A stretch of DNA of 64,000 nucleotides. It comes from an uncultured Candidatus Peribacteria bacterium. GTDB lineage: Bacteria > Patescibacteriota > Gracilibacteria > Peribacterales > Peribacteraceae. Below are positions 8,911 to 17,292 of this stretch, piece by piece (the first letter of the stretch is position 1; each line of letters starts with the position of its first letter). The stretch covers positions 48,088-112,087 of the forward strand of contig CAYMIX010000004.1 of NCBI GenBank assembly GCA_964391185.1, in the 5' to 3' direction. Both the position numbers and the translations under genes were made by a program. Under the pieces are notes generated by a model. It saw only the letters and a program-made list of their open reading frames with translations, ran no database searches and had not been told where the DNA came from.

Positions 8911-9124
8911 TTATTAGTCATGGCGAAGGTGGAAGCCGGAAATACAGGTTCAATTCCTGCCTGCCCGTCCGTAGTCCCGCAGGACGAAGGAGGGTCGAGG
9001 GCATCACGAAGTACACATTCACTTCGTTCATGCGACTTCATGGCAGGCCACTTTGTATAATCGTAATTGCGTACTTCGTGTCCTGTAGTCGTGCGAAGCA
9101 TGTACTACGGGGCATGATTCAACA

Positions 9125-9152
9125 TGCTTCAGTGCTTTACAGAGCTAAAGCA
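9125..9152 (+). promoter_or_regulatory. Copy 2 of the ~28-nt upstream motif (TGCTTCAGTGCTTTACAGAGCTAAAGCA)
   Basis: Two mismatches to copy 3. Ends 37 nt before the ATG at 9190, with a tagaat -10-like box between. Confidence 0.45.
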
Positions 9153-9189
9153 GACAATAAGATCGATATCTCATAGAATTTATTATTCT

Positions 9190-9477
9190 ATGTTTACCGT
9201 ATACGTTCTTCGCAGTTTTAGAGACAATTCTCTCTATGTTGGTTATACGACCAATATGAGTCAGCGTCTTGATACACACAATAAGGGGAGTGTTACTTCG
9301 ACTAGGAATAAAAGGCCATGGAGACTTATTTTTGCCGAAAGTTACCTTTCACAAGACGATGCTTTGAGGCGTGAGAAATACTTGAAGACTACACAAGGTA
9401 AGAACGCTCTGAAGCACATGTTACGTGAGACGTTGAAATCATCACTCATTTCCCATTCTTCCAATCCCGCGCCATAA
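9190..9477 (+). CDS. GIY-YIG nuclease-family protein (UPF0213-like, stand-alone)
   Basis: Start moved to ATG 9190. MFTVYVLRS..SLYVGYTTNMSQRLDTHNKG....T....PWRLIF.E......A.RREKYLK matches the GIY-YIG signature. Confidence 0.8.
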   Translation: MFTVYVLRSFRDNSLYVGYTTNMSQRLDTHNKGSVTSTRNKRPWRLIFAESYLSQDDALRREKYLKTTQGKNALKHMLRETLKSSLISHSSNPAP

Positions 9478-9665
9478 ATCTTCCGGGTTTGCCAGTGAGA
9501 ACGTGGAGAGCTTTTGCGAGATTACGATCTGAGCGGTGAATTGCACGGTATTAAGTGTACCGCACCTGGGGGTTGCACTAACACCCGATATCCGTAAAAT
9601 AGGAGTTGCTCTTGCGGATGGCATCTAAGGACCGCAAGGCACGTTCTTTATGTAGAAGAAGAAAT

Positions 9666-9742
9666 GCGGATGTAGCTCAATTGGCTAGAGCGACGCCTTG
9701 CCATGGCGTAGGTTGCGAGTTCGAGTCTCGTCATCCGCTCCA
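9666..9742 (+). tRNA. tRNA-Gly (anticodon GCC), CCA encoded
   Basis: gcggatg/catccgc acceptor, anticodon arm acgcc-TTGCCAT-ggcgt. Confidence 0.9.
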
Positions 9743-9900
9743 TCCTTCGCGTTGCGAAGGATGCCGTCCATAGTTCCTGAGATCGATCACATCAAAACAT
9801 CATCAAACCCGCGTCGCTACGGATGGCTGGCCGATAAGGAACGAAGGAGGGCAATCTTCATTTCAACGAACGTGTACGCTATCGTAACCGGCGTTTTCAG

Positions 9901-9974
9901 CGCGGGATTAGTACAGTGGTAGTACGTTGGCTTCCCAAGCCAAAGATGCGGGTTCGATTCCCGTATCCCGCTCC
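9901..9974 (+). tRNA. tRNA-Gly (anticodon CCC), CCA encoded
   Basis: gcgggat/atcccgc acceptor, anticodon arm ttggc-TTCCCAA-gccaa. Confidence 0.9.
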
Positions 9975-10010
9975 AATTGACAAGAAATTATATAATATTA
10001 ATATATAGAT

Positions 10011-10256
10011 ATGGAAATATTACGAGCTTATGACGATGAGGCAGGCGACGTTTCGAGGGAAACCTCAGAATTGATTGGCCTACCAATCAACGAATTCAGA
10101 CAGAGATTAATTGAGAGGTTTGCATTTGATGTTTTCAGCCCAATAGAAGAATCGGAAGTTCCATTCTGGAGCACGAGACCGAGGGTGGTTTTAGTAAAAG
10201 TAGAAGGTGGAAAAGTTGAAAGATTCACTCCATCAGTTCCGAATAAGCTCCCATAA
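10011..10256 (+). CDS. Small hypothetical protein
   Basis: ORF only. Confidence 0.4.
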   Translation: MEILRAYDDEAGDVSRETSELIGLPINEFRQRLIERFAFDVFSPIEESEVPFWSTRPRVVLVKVEGGKVERFTPSVPNKLP

Positions 10257-10369
10257 GGAGCTCCATCCGGCTTCGCCCATTCGGGCTACGCCGCGATTTC
10301 GCTCATAAGATGTTTTTTAGCAGATAAAGCCGGATGCCGCGGCGAAGTTCGCAAACGAAGCCGGGCAGC

Positions 10370-10402
10370 TGCTTTAGTGCTTTAAAGAGCTAAAGCATCT
10401 TT
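10370..10402 (+). promoter_or_regulatory. Copy 3 of the ~28-nt upstream motif (TGCTTTAGTGCTTTAAAGAGCTAAAGCATCTT), followed by TATAAT
   Basis: Contains the inverted repeat gctttag...ctaaagc. TATAAT lies at 10406-10411 and the ATG at 10431. Confidence 0.5.
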
Positions 10403-10430
10403 TCTTATAATGATGAGGCAATATGTATGA

Positions 10431-10688
10431 ATGCATTTTGTTTATATCCTTGAATCTGCTGATTCCTGTCATTCGTATATAGGCCACAGTGTTCACACTG
10501 ATAAATTTTCCGGATGGGAATTAAAGATGTACGTTGCTTTTAGGAACAAAGAAAAAGCTGAAGCATTTGAACGCTATCTCAAATCCCATTCCGGGCTGGG
10601 AATGGACAGGAGAACCCCTGCCGCCGTAGTCTATGAATGCCTTACCAAGGAGAGTGTTACCTTAATGCTGCAACCGAACAAATATTGA
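10431..10688 (+). CDS. Degenerate GIY-YIG-like protein (core of domain deleted)
   Basis: MHFVYILES...SYIGHS keeps the GIY and YIG strands. The segment corresponding to RL..HN.G....T....PW of the intact copy is absent. The tail AFRNKEKAEAFERYLKSHSG is retained. Confidence 0.4.
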   Translation: MHFVYILESADSCHSYIGHSVHTDKFSGWELKMYVAFRNKEKAEAFERYLKSHSGLGMDRRTPAAVVYECLTKESVTLMLQPNKY

Positions 10689-10719
10689 CAATATCATTTT
10701 AAAATAATTTAATGTCATT

Positions 10720-11499
10720 ATGAATACCAATTATATTTCCAGTCTTCCAAATCCCGGGCTTCATGTAACCCCAGAAATTCATCATAATCTCGACATAACA
10801 ACACTGTTCAATCAACGAAGACTCACAAGGGACGCATTTGAAAAAGTAGGATTTCTCTTATTTCATGAGTATCATCCTGCAGGAGATGACTCACGCAGTG
10901 AGCGTCCAATACCGGACACTCGTATAATTGATGGTGTGGTGCGAGATATTAGTGGGACTCAATTAATGCACAAAGACGGCGATGGGGGCAGGCATGTTTT
11001 GCAGCTTCGTTATGATGGACAAAGTGGCAAAAGAAATTGCGATACGATCGTGGCAACCGACCAGGAAAAATTGTTTGAACTGTTCATCGCCTTTTTCCGA
11101 GATAACTACGAAAATCTTCTTTGCCATTCAATGGTGCCAAAGCCTGTTGAAGATTTAATCGAAATTATCCAACAAAAAGGAGTTCAAGCAGTAGCGGAAC
11201 ACCCTGCCCGTGAGTCATTCGATGGAAAGAACTGGCGCTCCTATCTATTCCATGGATTTGGTATTTCAGTGATCAGCAATCCCATTCTGGAAGTGTTTTA
11301 CAAGGATGCGGCTGCAAGAGGATTGATCTATGCGCATCGTTGGCAAAAAGGACAAACACTCATCATCAATAACAACAACATGCTTCACGCACGGCTGATG
11401 CGAGATCCATCCGATGGCCCATTTGATCCCGCACTTGCCCAGCGCACATTCTATGCTTGGGACGATGAAGAATTGCGAGTTTTGCCTCCTAAAGTATAA
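10720..11499 (+). CDS. Hypothetical; possible TauD/TfdA-like Fe(II)/2-oxoglutarate oxygenase
   Basis: The C-terminal HRWQKGQTLIINNNNMLHAR resembles the W..GD...WDN....H.R motif. A candidate HxD lies at MHKD about 147 residues upstream. Confidence 0.35.
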   Translation: MNTNYISSLPNPGLHVTPEIHHNLDITTLFNQRRLTRDAFEKVGFLLFHEYHPAGDDSRSERPIPDTRIIDGVVRDISGTQLMHKDGDGGRHVLQLRYDGQSGKRNCDTIVATDQEKLFELFIAFFRDNYENLLCHSMVPKPVEDLIEIIQQKGVQAVAEHPARESFDGKNWRSYLFHGFGISVISNPILEVFYKDAAARGLIYAHRWQKGQTLIINNNNMLHARLMRDPSDGPFDPALAQRTFYAWDDEELRVLPPKV

Positions 11500-11597
11500 A
11501 TCCCTCAGTATTTCATATATTTATAACATATAATTCTATTTATCATAGTAGCCCAATCTCGCTCTTTGGGCTTGTTTCTGCTATAATAAAGGGATTT

Positions 11598-12041
11598 ATG
11601 CATACACACTTCATCACTTCAAAAGGCATTATAAATGTGATGTTGAGCGTCACCTTCCTCGTGAGTACGACCAACGCATATGCGCAGAATCCACCCCCGG
11701 GTAACCCGGCAGATGAAAATCCTTTTATCTACACCAATACTCCCATACGCCTGCTTCAACCTCCGGATGACGCGACGTATACATTGGAAGCTGAGCCGGG
11801 ATTGGGGACATTCTTCACATATTTTAATCTTATTTGGCCGTGGATCATTGGATGTGCAGCGGGCATCGCGGTATTGCAGTGCCTTATTGGCGGCATGCAA
11901 ATGATGATGTCCGGTGGTGACTCTGGTAAACGTGAAGAAGGAAAAACAAAACTGATGTGGGCGATTGCTGGGCTTTTGCTCATCGGTCTTTCAGGTGTGA
12001 TTTTGGAAACGATTAATCCGCTCTTCTACACGCAAGTCTAA
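11598..12041 (+). CDS. TrbC/VirB2-like (T4SS-type) pilin paralog 1
   Basis: Signal peptide, then two TM helices flanking a charged loop (GGMQMMMSGGDSGKREEGKTKLMWAIAGLLLIGL). Confidence 0.7.
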   Translation: MHTHFITSKGIINVMLSVTFLVSTTNAYAQNPPPGNPADENPFIYTNTPIRLLQPPDDATYTLEAEPGLGTFFTYFNLIWPWIIGCAAGIAVLQCLIGGMQMMMSGGDSGKREEGKTKLMWAIAGLLLIGLSGVILETINPLFYTQV

Positions 12042-12637
12042 TGTTTACTACGTTGTACTACATTGGCACTTTGCTCTGCAGCTCACTCGTTGAGCTCTCA
12101 CATGCAGCAGTGCCAGATACTCCATGCGGAGATCTTCCTGGTTGTGGTGCTGGACCAAGTAATATTATTTTGAATAATGCTCCGAAAGTTGCAGGGCTTG
12201 GTATCGCGATTGCAGCAGGAGGTGCCGTGCTATTTATCGCGTGGGCTGGCTTCCAAATGGTTCTTGCAGCCGGTGATGAAGGAAAAATTGGGGAGCAGAA
12301 AAAGGCGATTCTCCATGCGCTTATAGGATTGGGTATCGCAATTCTAGCCCAGGGAATTGTGTCGATTGTTGGTACGCAGAACTATGGTCAGGAACAGGGC
12401 CCGAGTGGTCTACCTGCGAACATTATCGCTTCCGCAATCGGTATTATTCTCACTGTTTTCAATGTCGTCTTTATCGTGGTTGTTATCTACGCTGGTATGC
12501 GGATGGTGTATGCCCAAGGTAAAAGTGATGAATTCAGCAATGGTCGTAAGATGATCACGTGGTGCATCGTTGGTGCGATCGTGACCAACCTAGCGAATGC
12601 GCTTGTACAAGCGTTCGTTGCTATCTTTGGCGTGTAA
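12041..12637 (+). CDS. TrbC/VirB2-like pilin paralog 2 with internally duplicated pilin module
   Basis: Two consecutive TM-loop-TM modules: FQMVLAAGDEGKIGEQKKAILHALIGLG and GMRMVYAQGKSDEFSNGRKMITWCIVGA. The start overlaps the previous stop by 1 nt. Confidence 0.7.
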   Translation: MFTTLYYIGTLLCSSLVELSHAAVPDTPCGDLPGCGAGPSNIILNNAPKVAGLGIAIAAGGAVLFIAWAGFQMVLAAGDEGKIGEQKKAILHALIGLGIAILAQGIVSIVGTQNYGQEQGPSGLPANIIASAIGIILTVFNVVFIVVVIYAGMRMVYAQGKSDEFSNGRKMITWCIVGAIVTNLANALVQAFVAIFGV

Positions 12638-12649
12638 CAAACAAATTGT

Positions 12650-13030
12650 ATGATGAACCTTTTCTCAACAATCCTCGGCGCACTCACGACAACCGCTCAT
12701 GCAGCTCAGCTTGATAGCTGGGGTACTCAAAACAGTGGCGTGCAGCAGATGTGGGCAAAGGTTCGTGAAACGCTTTACACACGTGAGGAACCTGTACAGG
12801 CACTTCTTGGTGCGACCATATCGTTTATCTTTCCATTGATCGGTGTTGCTGCTGTCATCATCATCATTTACGCAGGTATTCGTATCGTGAGCTCACAGGG
12901 TAAAGAAGATGTTGTGTCTGAAGCCAAGAACATGATCTTTTACGCTAGTATCGGTGTGATCCTGAGCATTATGGGATCGACGATTGTGGCGTACTTTGCG
13001 ACGGTGTTCTTCCCGACGTTGTACCAGTAA
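12650..13030 (+). CDS. TrbC/VirB2-like pilin paralog 3
   Basis: Signal peptide plus YAGIRIVSSQGKEDVVSEAKNMIFYASIGVIL module. Confidence 0.7.
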   Translation: MMNLFSTILGALTTTAHAAQLDSWGTQNSGVQQMWAKVRETLYTREEPVQALLGATISFIFPLIGVAAVIIIIYAGIRIVSSQGKEDVVSEAKNMIFYASIGVILSIMGSTIVAYFATVFFPTLYQ

Positions 13031-13135
13031 GAGGGTAACGGGAGTAATTGGGGTAGGGAGGGTATAGGGGGTAATTTGCTGAACCTCAAACTCCCCATAC
13101 ACCCAAGACCCTCCTTACCCCCCATACTCAATTGG
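13031..13135. repeat. G-run/C-run imperfect palindromic element (ggggtagggagggtataggggg ... ccccatac..accctccttacccccc)
   Basis: Read directly in the pilin-metG spacer; same flavour as the in-CDS element at 42326-42387. Confidence 0.5.
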
Positions 13136-13150
13136 GCTACAATCTCCGCC

Positions 13151-14713
13151 ATGTCCAAGCGCCAGTACATCACCACAGCTATCGACTACCCAAATGCCGC
13201 TCCGCACATGGGGCACGTATTGGAGAAAGTATTGGCAGATGTGATGGCTCGTTGGTTTCGGTTGCGTGGCGATGATGTTCGGTTTCAAATTGGTACGGAT
13301 GAGCACGGTATCAAGATTCAGCAGACGGCGAAAAAGCAGGGGATGACAGCGTCTGCATTGGTCGATAACAATGTACCACTCTTTGAAGATTTGTATGCCA
13401 AACTAAATGTCTCCGCAGACATCTTTATTCGCACATCCGATCATCCAGTTACATGGCCAAATGTTGATGCCATCAAGCACCGTCCAACGGTTGAGGCACT
13501 GTGGAATAAGCTGAAGGATGCTGGCATGCTCGAGAAGCGTTCATACACGGGATTGTATTGTCCCGGCTGCGAGCGGTTTGTGACGAAGAAAGATTTGGTC
13601 GATGGTAAATGTCCTGACCACGATCGTATTCCCGATGAAGTGGTGGAAGAGAACTATTTCTTTTTACTTTCGAAGGAATCTGATTGGCTGAAGAAACTGC
13701 TGAAATCTGATTATAAAATCGTCCCTGACTATCGCAGTGAAGAAACTCTCGCGCTGCTTGAACGCGGTCTTGAAGACGTATCGTTCTCACGCCCTAAGTC
13801 GAGCTTGGCGTGGGGCATTCCAGTTCCGGGCGACCCAGACCAAACTATGTATGTATGGTGTGATGCGCTGACGAACTATGTCTCAGGATTGGGATTGCTG
13901 ACGGATCATGCCAAGAATGAATACTGGGATGATGCCGAAGTGATGCACGTGATCGGCAAAGACATCGCGCGTTTCCATGCGCTCATCTGGCCGGCGATGC
14001 TCAAACATGCGGGAATCCGCACACCAGATCGTCTCCTGATGCACGGATTTGTGACGAGCGAAGGGCAAAAAATGAGTAAGAGCTTGGGCAACGTTGTTGA
14101 TCCTGTCGACGCACTCGCAAAATTCAGCGGTAACCCAGACCCTATTCGCTTTTTCCTCTGTCACGAAATTCCTGTCGGACGAGATGGAGATTTCAGCTGG
14201 AAGCGCTTAGAAGAAATCTATGATAGTAAACTGCGCAATCAGCTTGGTAACATGCTGAACCGTGTGCTTGTGATGCTCAAGAAAGAAAACGCAGATCTGA
14301 CAATTCCTGTGTCTGCGGATGATCAAGAAGGAACGAAGGCGCTTTGGAAAACATACAGCGACGCCCTCGATGCATTTGATATTCACGCAGCTATCCAGAT
14401 GATTACAACGGGAATCGATAAAATGAACGCGAACTTCAACGAAGCTCAGCCATGGAAAAAAGAAGGAGCAGACCGTCTCACGACACTTTCAACGTTTGCA
14501 GAATTGCTACGCCTGACAGCGTTGATGCTTTTGCCATTCGTGCCAGATGCTGCCTATAGAATGTCGAAGCAGTTAAATGTGCCGTATGCAGAGTTGATGC
14601 TCGAGAAAACCTTTGTGCTGACAGATGAACTCAAAGCCTGGGGCGGAGCGAAGGATTGGAAGAGAGTAGGCGAGCCATCGATACTGTTTGCACCGCTTGA
14701 ACCGAAGGAGTAA
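13151..14713 (+). CDS. metG: Methionine--tRNA ligase
   Basis: Start moved to ATG 13151. AIDYPNAAPHMGHV (HIGH-type), KMSKSLGN, Cys knuckles CPGC...CPDH. Confidence 0.9.
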   Translation: MSKRQYITTAIDYPNAAPHMGHVLEKVLADVMARWFRLRGDDVRFQIGTDEHGIKIQQTAKKQGMTASALVDNNVPLFEDLYAKLNVSADIFIRTSDHPVTWPNVDAIKHRPTVEALWNKLKDAGMLEKRSYTGLYCPGCERFVTKKDLVDGKCPDHDRIPDEVVEENYFFLLSKESDWLKKLLKSDYKIVPDYRSEETLALLERGLEDVSFSRPKSSLAWGIPVPGDPDQTMYVWCDALTNYVSGLGLLTDHAKNEYWDDAEVMHVIGKDIARFHALIWPAMLKHAGIRTPDRLLMHGFVTSEGQKMSKSLGNVVDPVDALAKFSGNPDPIRFFLCHEIPVGRDGDFSWKRLEEIYDSKLRNQLGNMLNRVLVMLKKENADLTIPVSADDQEGTKALWKTYSDALDAFDIHAAIQMITTGIDKMNANFNEAQPWKKEGADRLTTLSTFAELLRLTALMLLPFVPDAAYRMSKQLNVPYAELMLEKTFVLTDELKAWGGAKDWKRVGEPSILFAPLEPKE

Positions 14714-14723
14714 ACATCGAGAT

Positions 14724-15668
14724 ATGCCGATCGACATCCAAGTACAGCCAGAATCGTTGCCGAAGCAGGATGAAGCAGTTCGCGATGCACATATTCGTTT
14801 TTTAGAGTGGCGTAGAGAAGTAACGGCAAAAAAAGTACAAACGTTGTTGGATGCGCCAGCTGAAGATACGTGTGACCAGAAGATTTTGATGGGTTGGCGC
14901 AATACTGATCCGCAATGGAAAACAGCAATACATCTTCTGATGACAGAGCGTATTGGCCATATGCCAAATGAGAGGAAAGAATCCTTATTGAATGCCCTAG
15001 AAAGAATTATCCTCGAGGGTGGCGCGTCCGATTTATGTGAGCTTGCTACGGTCAGTAATGAGTATTTTGAGGTGGGTGATGATTCTTCGGAGACTGAAAA
15101 AGAATTGGTTAGGTTGGCAACAGAGTATATGCGAACAGCTATATCCTCTGAGGATCCAGCTGCTTCTGCTGAATATGCAGGAAAAGCGTGGCTTGCCATG
15201 CGAGCCCTACGTGGAGGGTCATTGTTACCTCGGGGCCGGACCGATCTCAGTGCATTGAATCGTTTTCCCAATGATGAGCTTTTGGAGCGATGTCGCGATC
15301 TGCTGATCGCACCTCCGAACAATGAGGTATTGTGTGAACTTTTGGCGTTTGTTGGTGAATGCGGCGATGAGACGTTTGTGCCCGTGCTCGGGAATATTCT
15401 CAGCACTGTTCCCGATGAGGGAGTTCTATCTTATACGATAAGAGCCCTTGGATATATTGGTGGTACTGAATCGTCGAGAGTGCTCATTCGTTTTATCAAA
15501 AAGCCCGGAACCTTAGTGAAACTCCAGCAATCGGCCTGGGAAGCTATCAATGCATTACGAACAGGGGGTTCAACAGATTGGTCTACGGGCGAAGATTTAA
15601 AAGATTGGGAACCTGCTGATCAATTAAGCCGATGGAAGACGCACAATCGGAGGATTGTCATAGTTTAA
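14724..15668 (+). CDS. Hypothetical protein with HEAT/PBS-lyase-like repeats
   Basis: Start moved to ATG 14724. Repeat-like segments ..LLAFVGECGDETFVPVL.. and ..IRALGYIGGTESSRVLIRF.. Confidence 0.5.
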   Translation: MPIDIQVQPESLPKQDEAVRDAHIRFLEWRREVTAKKVQTLLDAPAEDTCDQKILMGWRNTDPQWKTAIHLLMTERIGHMPNERKESLLNALERIILEGGASDLCELATVSNEYFEVGDDSSETEKELVRLATEYMRTAISSEDPAASAEYAGKAWLAMRALRGGSLLPRGRTDLSALNRFPNDELLERCRDLLIAPPNNEVLCELLAFVGECGDETFVPVLGNILSTVPDEGVLSYTIRALGYIGGTESSRVLIRFIKKPGTLVKLQQSAWEAINALRTGGSTDWSTGEDLKDWEPADQLSRWKTHNRRIVIV

Positions 15669-15716
15669 GGATTGGCATTCTGGACCACTTCGCCGCTGAC
15701 AATCGTTACGGGACAT

Positions 15717-15745
15717 TTGACAATTTATGCAAATAAATGTATAAC
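15717..15745 (+). promoter_or_regulatory. Sigma70-type promoter TTGACA - 17 nt - TATAAC
   Basis: Exact -35 hexamer and canonical spacing, read directly. Confidence 0.55.
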
Positions 15746-15751
15746 TTATAG

Positions 15752-15858
15752 GAAGGAATATGTCCTTTGCGGACTTAAGCCAACCGGGCGTTCCTTCGTT
15801 TCTCCTCTTGGATCGCCCACCGCTTTCAGAGCACCGGGCCCCAAGAGGAGATTTTTTT
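15752..15858 (+). ncRNA. Candidate ~105-nt small RNA / leader, with its own promoter and a hairpin plus U-run terminator. It also contains a possible 41-codon sORF (15760-15885).
   Basis: Stem gaaggaa/ttccttc. Long stem tctcctcttgg...ccaagaggaga (15801-15851) followed by ttttttt. AGGAAGG lies 4 nt before ATG 15760. Confidence 0.35.
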
Positions 15859-16003
15859 GTTGTCCAATATCTGCTCATATCATAGAGTACACTCGTTCCG
15901 GGATTGCGAGCTCGTTGAGGACGACTCAGGAGACGCCACCAGAGGAGCATGGTTACACTGCACACCAACTACAACGTGCAGATATTTATTCCCCAATTTA
16001 TCT

Positions 16004-16315
16004 ATGTTTGATCCAATGTCCGAACTTGCTGGCAGCGGTATGCCACAGGAAGATCGCCCTGCGATGCCTCCTCAGCAGCAGTTCAATAACAATGCAGCCG
16101 GAGGACGTAGTTTTGCGCAGGATGTTCACTCTGTGACAATCCACGCTCGCCAGCGCACCTTCTATATCGACTTGAAGCAGTCCGGCAACGGCCGCTTCTT
16201 CAAGGTTTCCGAGAAGTCCCGCGGCGGTCAGAAGACAACAATCATGTTCGATTCTGAAGATCTTGATAAGTTCATCGCAGCTTTCCAGGAAATGAAGACG
16301 AAGCTTGAGGCGTAA
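16004..16315 (+). CDS. PUR-alpha-like (DUF3276-type) nucleic-acid-binding protein
   Basis: Start moved to ATG 16004. RTFYIDLKQSGNGRFFKVSEKSRGGQKTTIMFDSEDLDKFIAAF matches the PUR repeat pattern. Confidence 0.6.
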   Translation: MFDPMSELAGSGMPQEDRPAMPPQQQFNNNAAGGRSFAQDVHSVTIHARQRTFYIDLKQSGNGRFFKVSEKSRGGQKTTIMFDSEDLDKFIAAFQEMKTKLEA

Positions 16316-16331
16316 GCTATTTGCATATCAA

Positions 16332-16372
16332 AGCGTGTCGCCCTTCGTCGTGCTCAGGGTGACACGCTTTTT
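16332..16372 (+). terminator. Rho-independent terminator built from a REP-family hairpin
   Basis: 13-bp stem agcgtgtcgccct/agggtgacacgct (one G-U) followed by ttttt. Confidence 0.7.
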
Positions 16373-16382
16373 ATATAGCTCG

Positions 16383-16410
16383 GTGTCATGGTGAGCCCGA
16401 CGAACCATAC
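16383..16410 (+). repeat. REP-like element, TGGT/ACCA variant (gtgtcatggtgagcccgacgaaccatac)
   Basis: Read directly; lies between convergent genes. Confidence 0.6.
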
Positions 16411-16413
16411 TGC

Positions 16414-17292
16414 TTACCGTCGTCCCCGTCTCCACTCCTCCGCAAACATTTCCTTCTTTCCTGGTGGTTGGAGTTTTATTACATGCAGTGTTGTTTCGTT
16501 CCCGCATCCAACAGGAATGGAATGTTGTTCCTGTGTCAGTGATGTTTCGATGAGCTTCACTGTCACGCCCATGACATCACACGTAACACCTGGCCATGGA
16601 TTGAGTGCACGCACGCGTCTGTCTATATCGATAGCAGTTGTCTTCTCACGATCAGCGATGCCATCTTCTTTTTCAAGTTTGCGACAAAAGGTCACACCTT
16701 CGGTTGGTTGAGGCTTCGGATCAAGTGGTTGTTTGAGCGTTTCTACAAGGAGGTTTGCACCAAGAGCGCTCAATGTTTTTCGTAACTCCGTCGCAGTGTC
16801 TCGCAATCCAATCGGCAAACGTGCGACAGAAAGAATTGGTCCCGCATCAAGCTCTTGCACCATCACCTGAACGGTTACGCCTGTTTCGGTATCACCACTG
16901 AGAACTGCATGTTCAACAGGGGATGCACCTCGCCAGCGAGGGAGAATACTTCCGTGCACATTCACTGCGGCGATCGCAGGAACTTCGAGAACTGTTTGGG
17001 ATAAAATTTTTCCGTACGCAACGACGACGAGGAAGTCGGGTTGCAATTCAGGATGTGCATTGATGTAGGGCAAAAGTTCCTCATTCACATTCCCTGGCTG
17101 CAGTACAGGAATGCCCAATTGTTCCGCAGCAACTTTTACAGCTGGAGGTGTGATTTCTTTTTTTCGTCCCACAGGTTTATCCGGTTGGGTGACCACAAGC
17201 TTCACGCTGAATGCGGGATCGGCAACGAGTGCTTGCAATGCAGGGACTGCGAAGTCTGGGGTTCCACAGAAAATAATTGTTGACGGTTGCAT
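16414..17292 (-). CDS. fmt: Methionyl-tRNA formyltransferase
   Basis: IIFCGTPDFAVP, HGSILPRWRGASPVEHAVL; start taken at Met 11 of the track ORF. Confidence 0.9.
   Translation of the reverse strand: MQPSTIIFCGTPDFAVPALQALVADPAFSVKLVVTQPDKPVGRKKEITPPAVKVAAEQLGIPVLQPGNVNEELLPYINAHPELQPDFLVVVAYGKILSQTVLEVPAIAAVNVHGSILPRWRGASPVEHAVLSGDTETGVTVQVMVQELDAGPILSVARLPIGLRDTATELRKTLSALGANLLVETLKQPLDPKPQPTEGVTFCRKLEKEDGIADREKTTAIDIDRRVRALNPWPGVTCDVMGVTVKLIETSLTQEQHSIPVGCGNETTLHVIKLQPPGKKEMFAEEWRRGRR

Noticed and set aside
8935-8965. tRNA-like T-arm fragment (acaggttcaattcctgc) downstream of tRNA-Arg
   Set aside because: Only a T-loop-like heptamer with an imperfect 4-5-bp stem is present. There is no acceptor or anticodon arm, and it does not match any tRNA in the window.
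14573-15406. 277-aa minus-strand ORF
   Set aside because: It overlaps the metG 3' end and the HEAT-like gene on the opposite strand. Its Ser/Arg-rich translation is typical of an antisense shadow.
15752-15858. Identification of the candidate RNA as SRP (4.5S) RNA, 6S RNA or a known riboswitch
   Set aside because: I found no GGAA-tetraloop/AGCA domain IV motifs, no 6S-like central bubble length, and no match to the fluoride, preQ1, ZTP, guanidine or SAM consensus cores as I remember them. It is left as unclassified.
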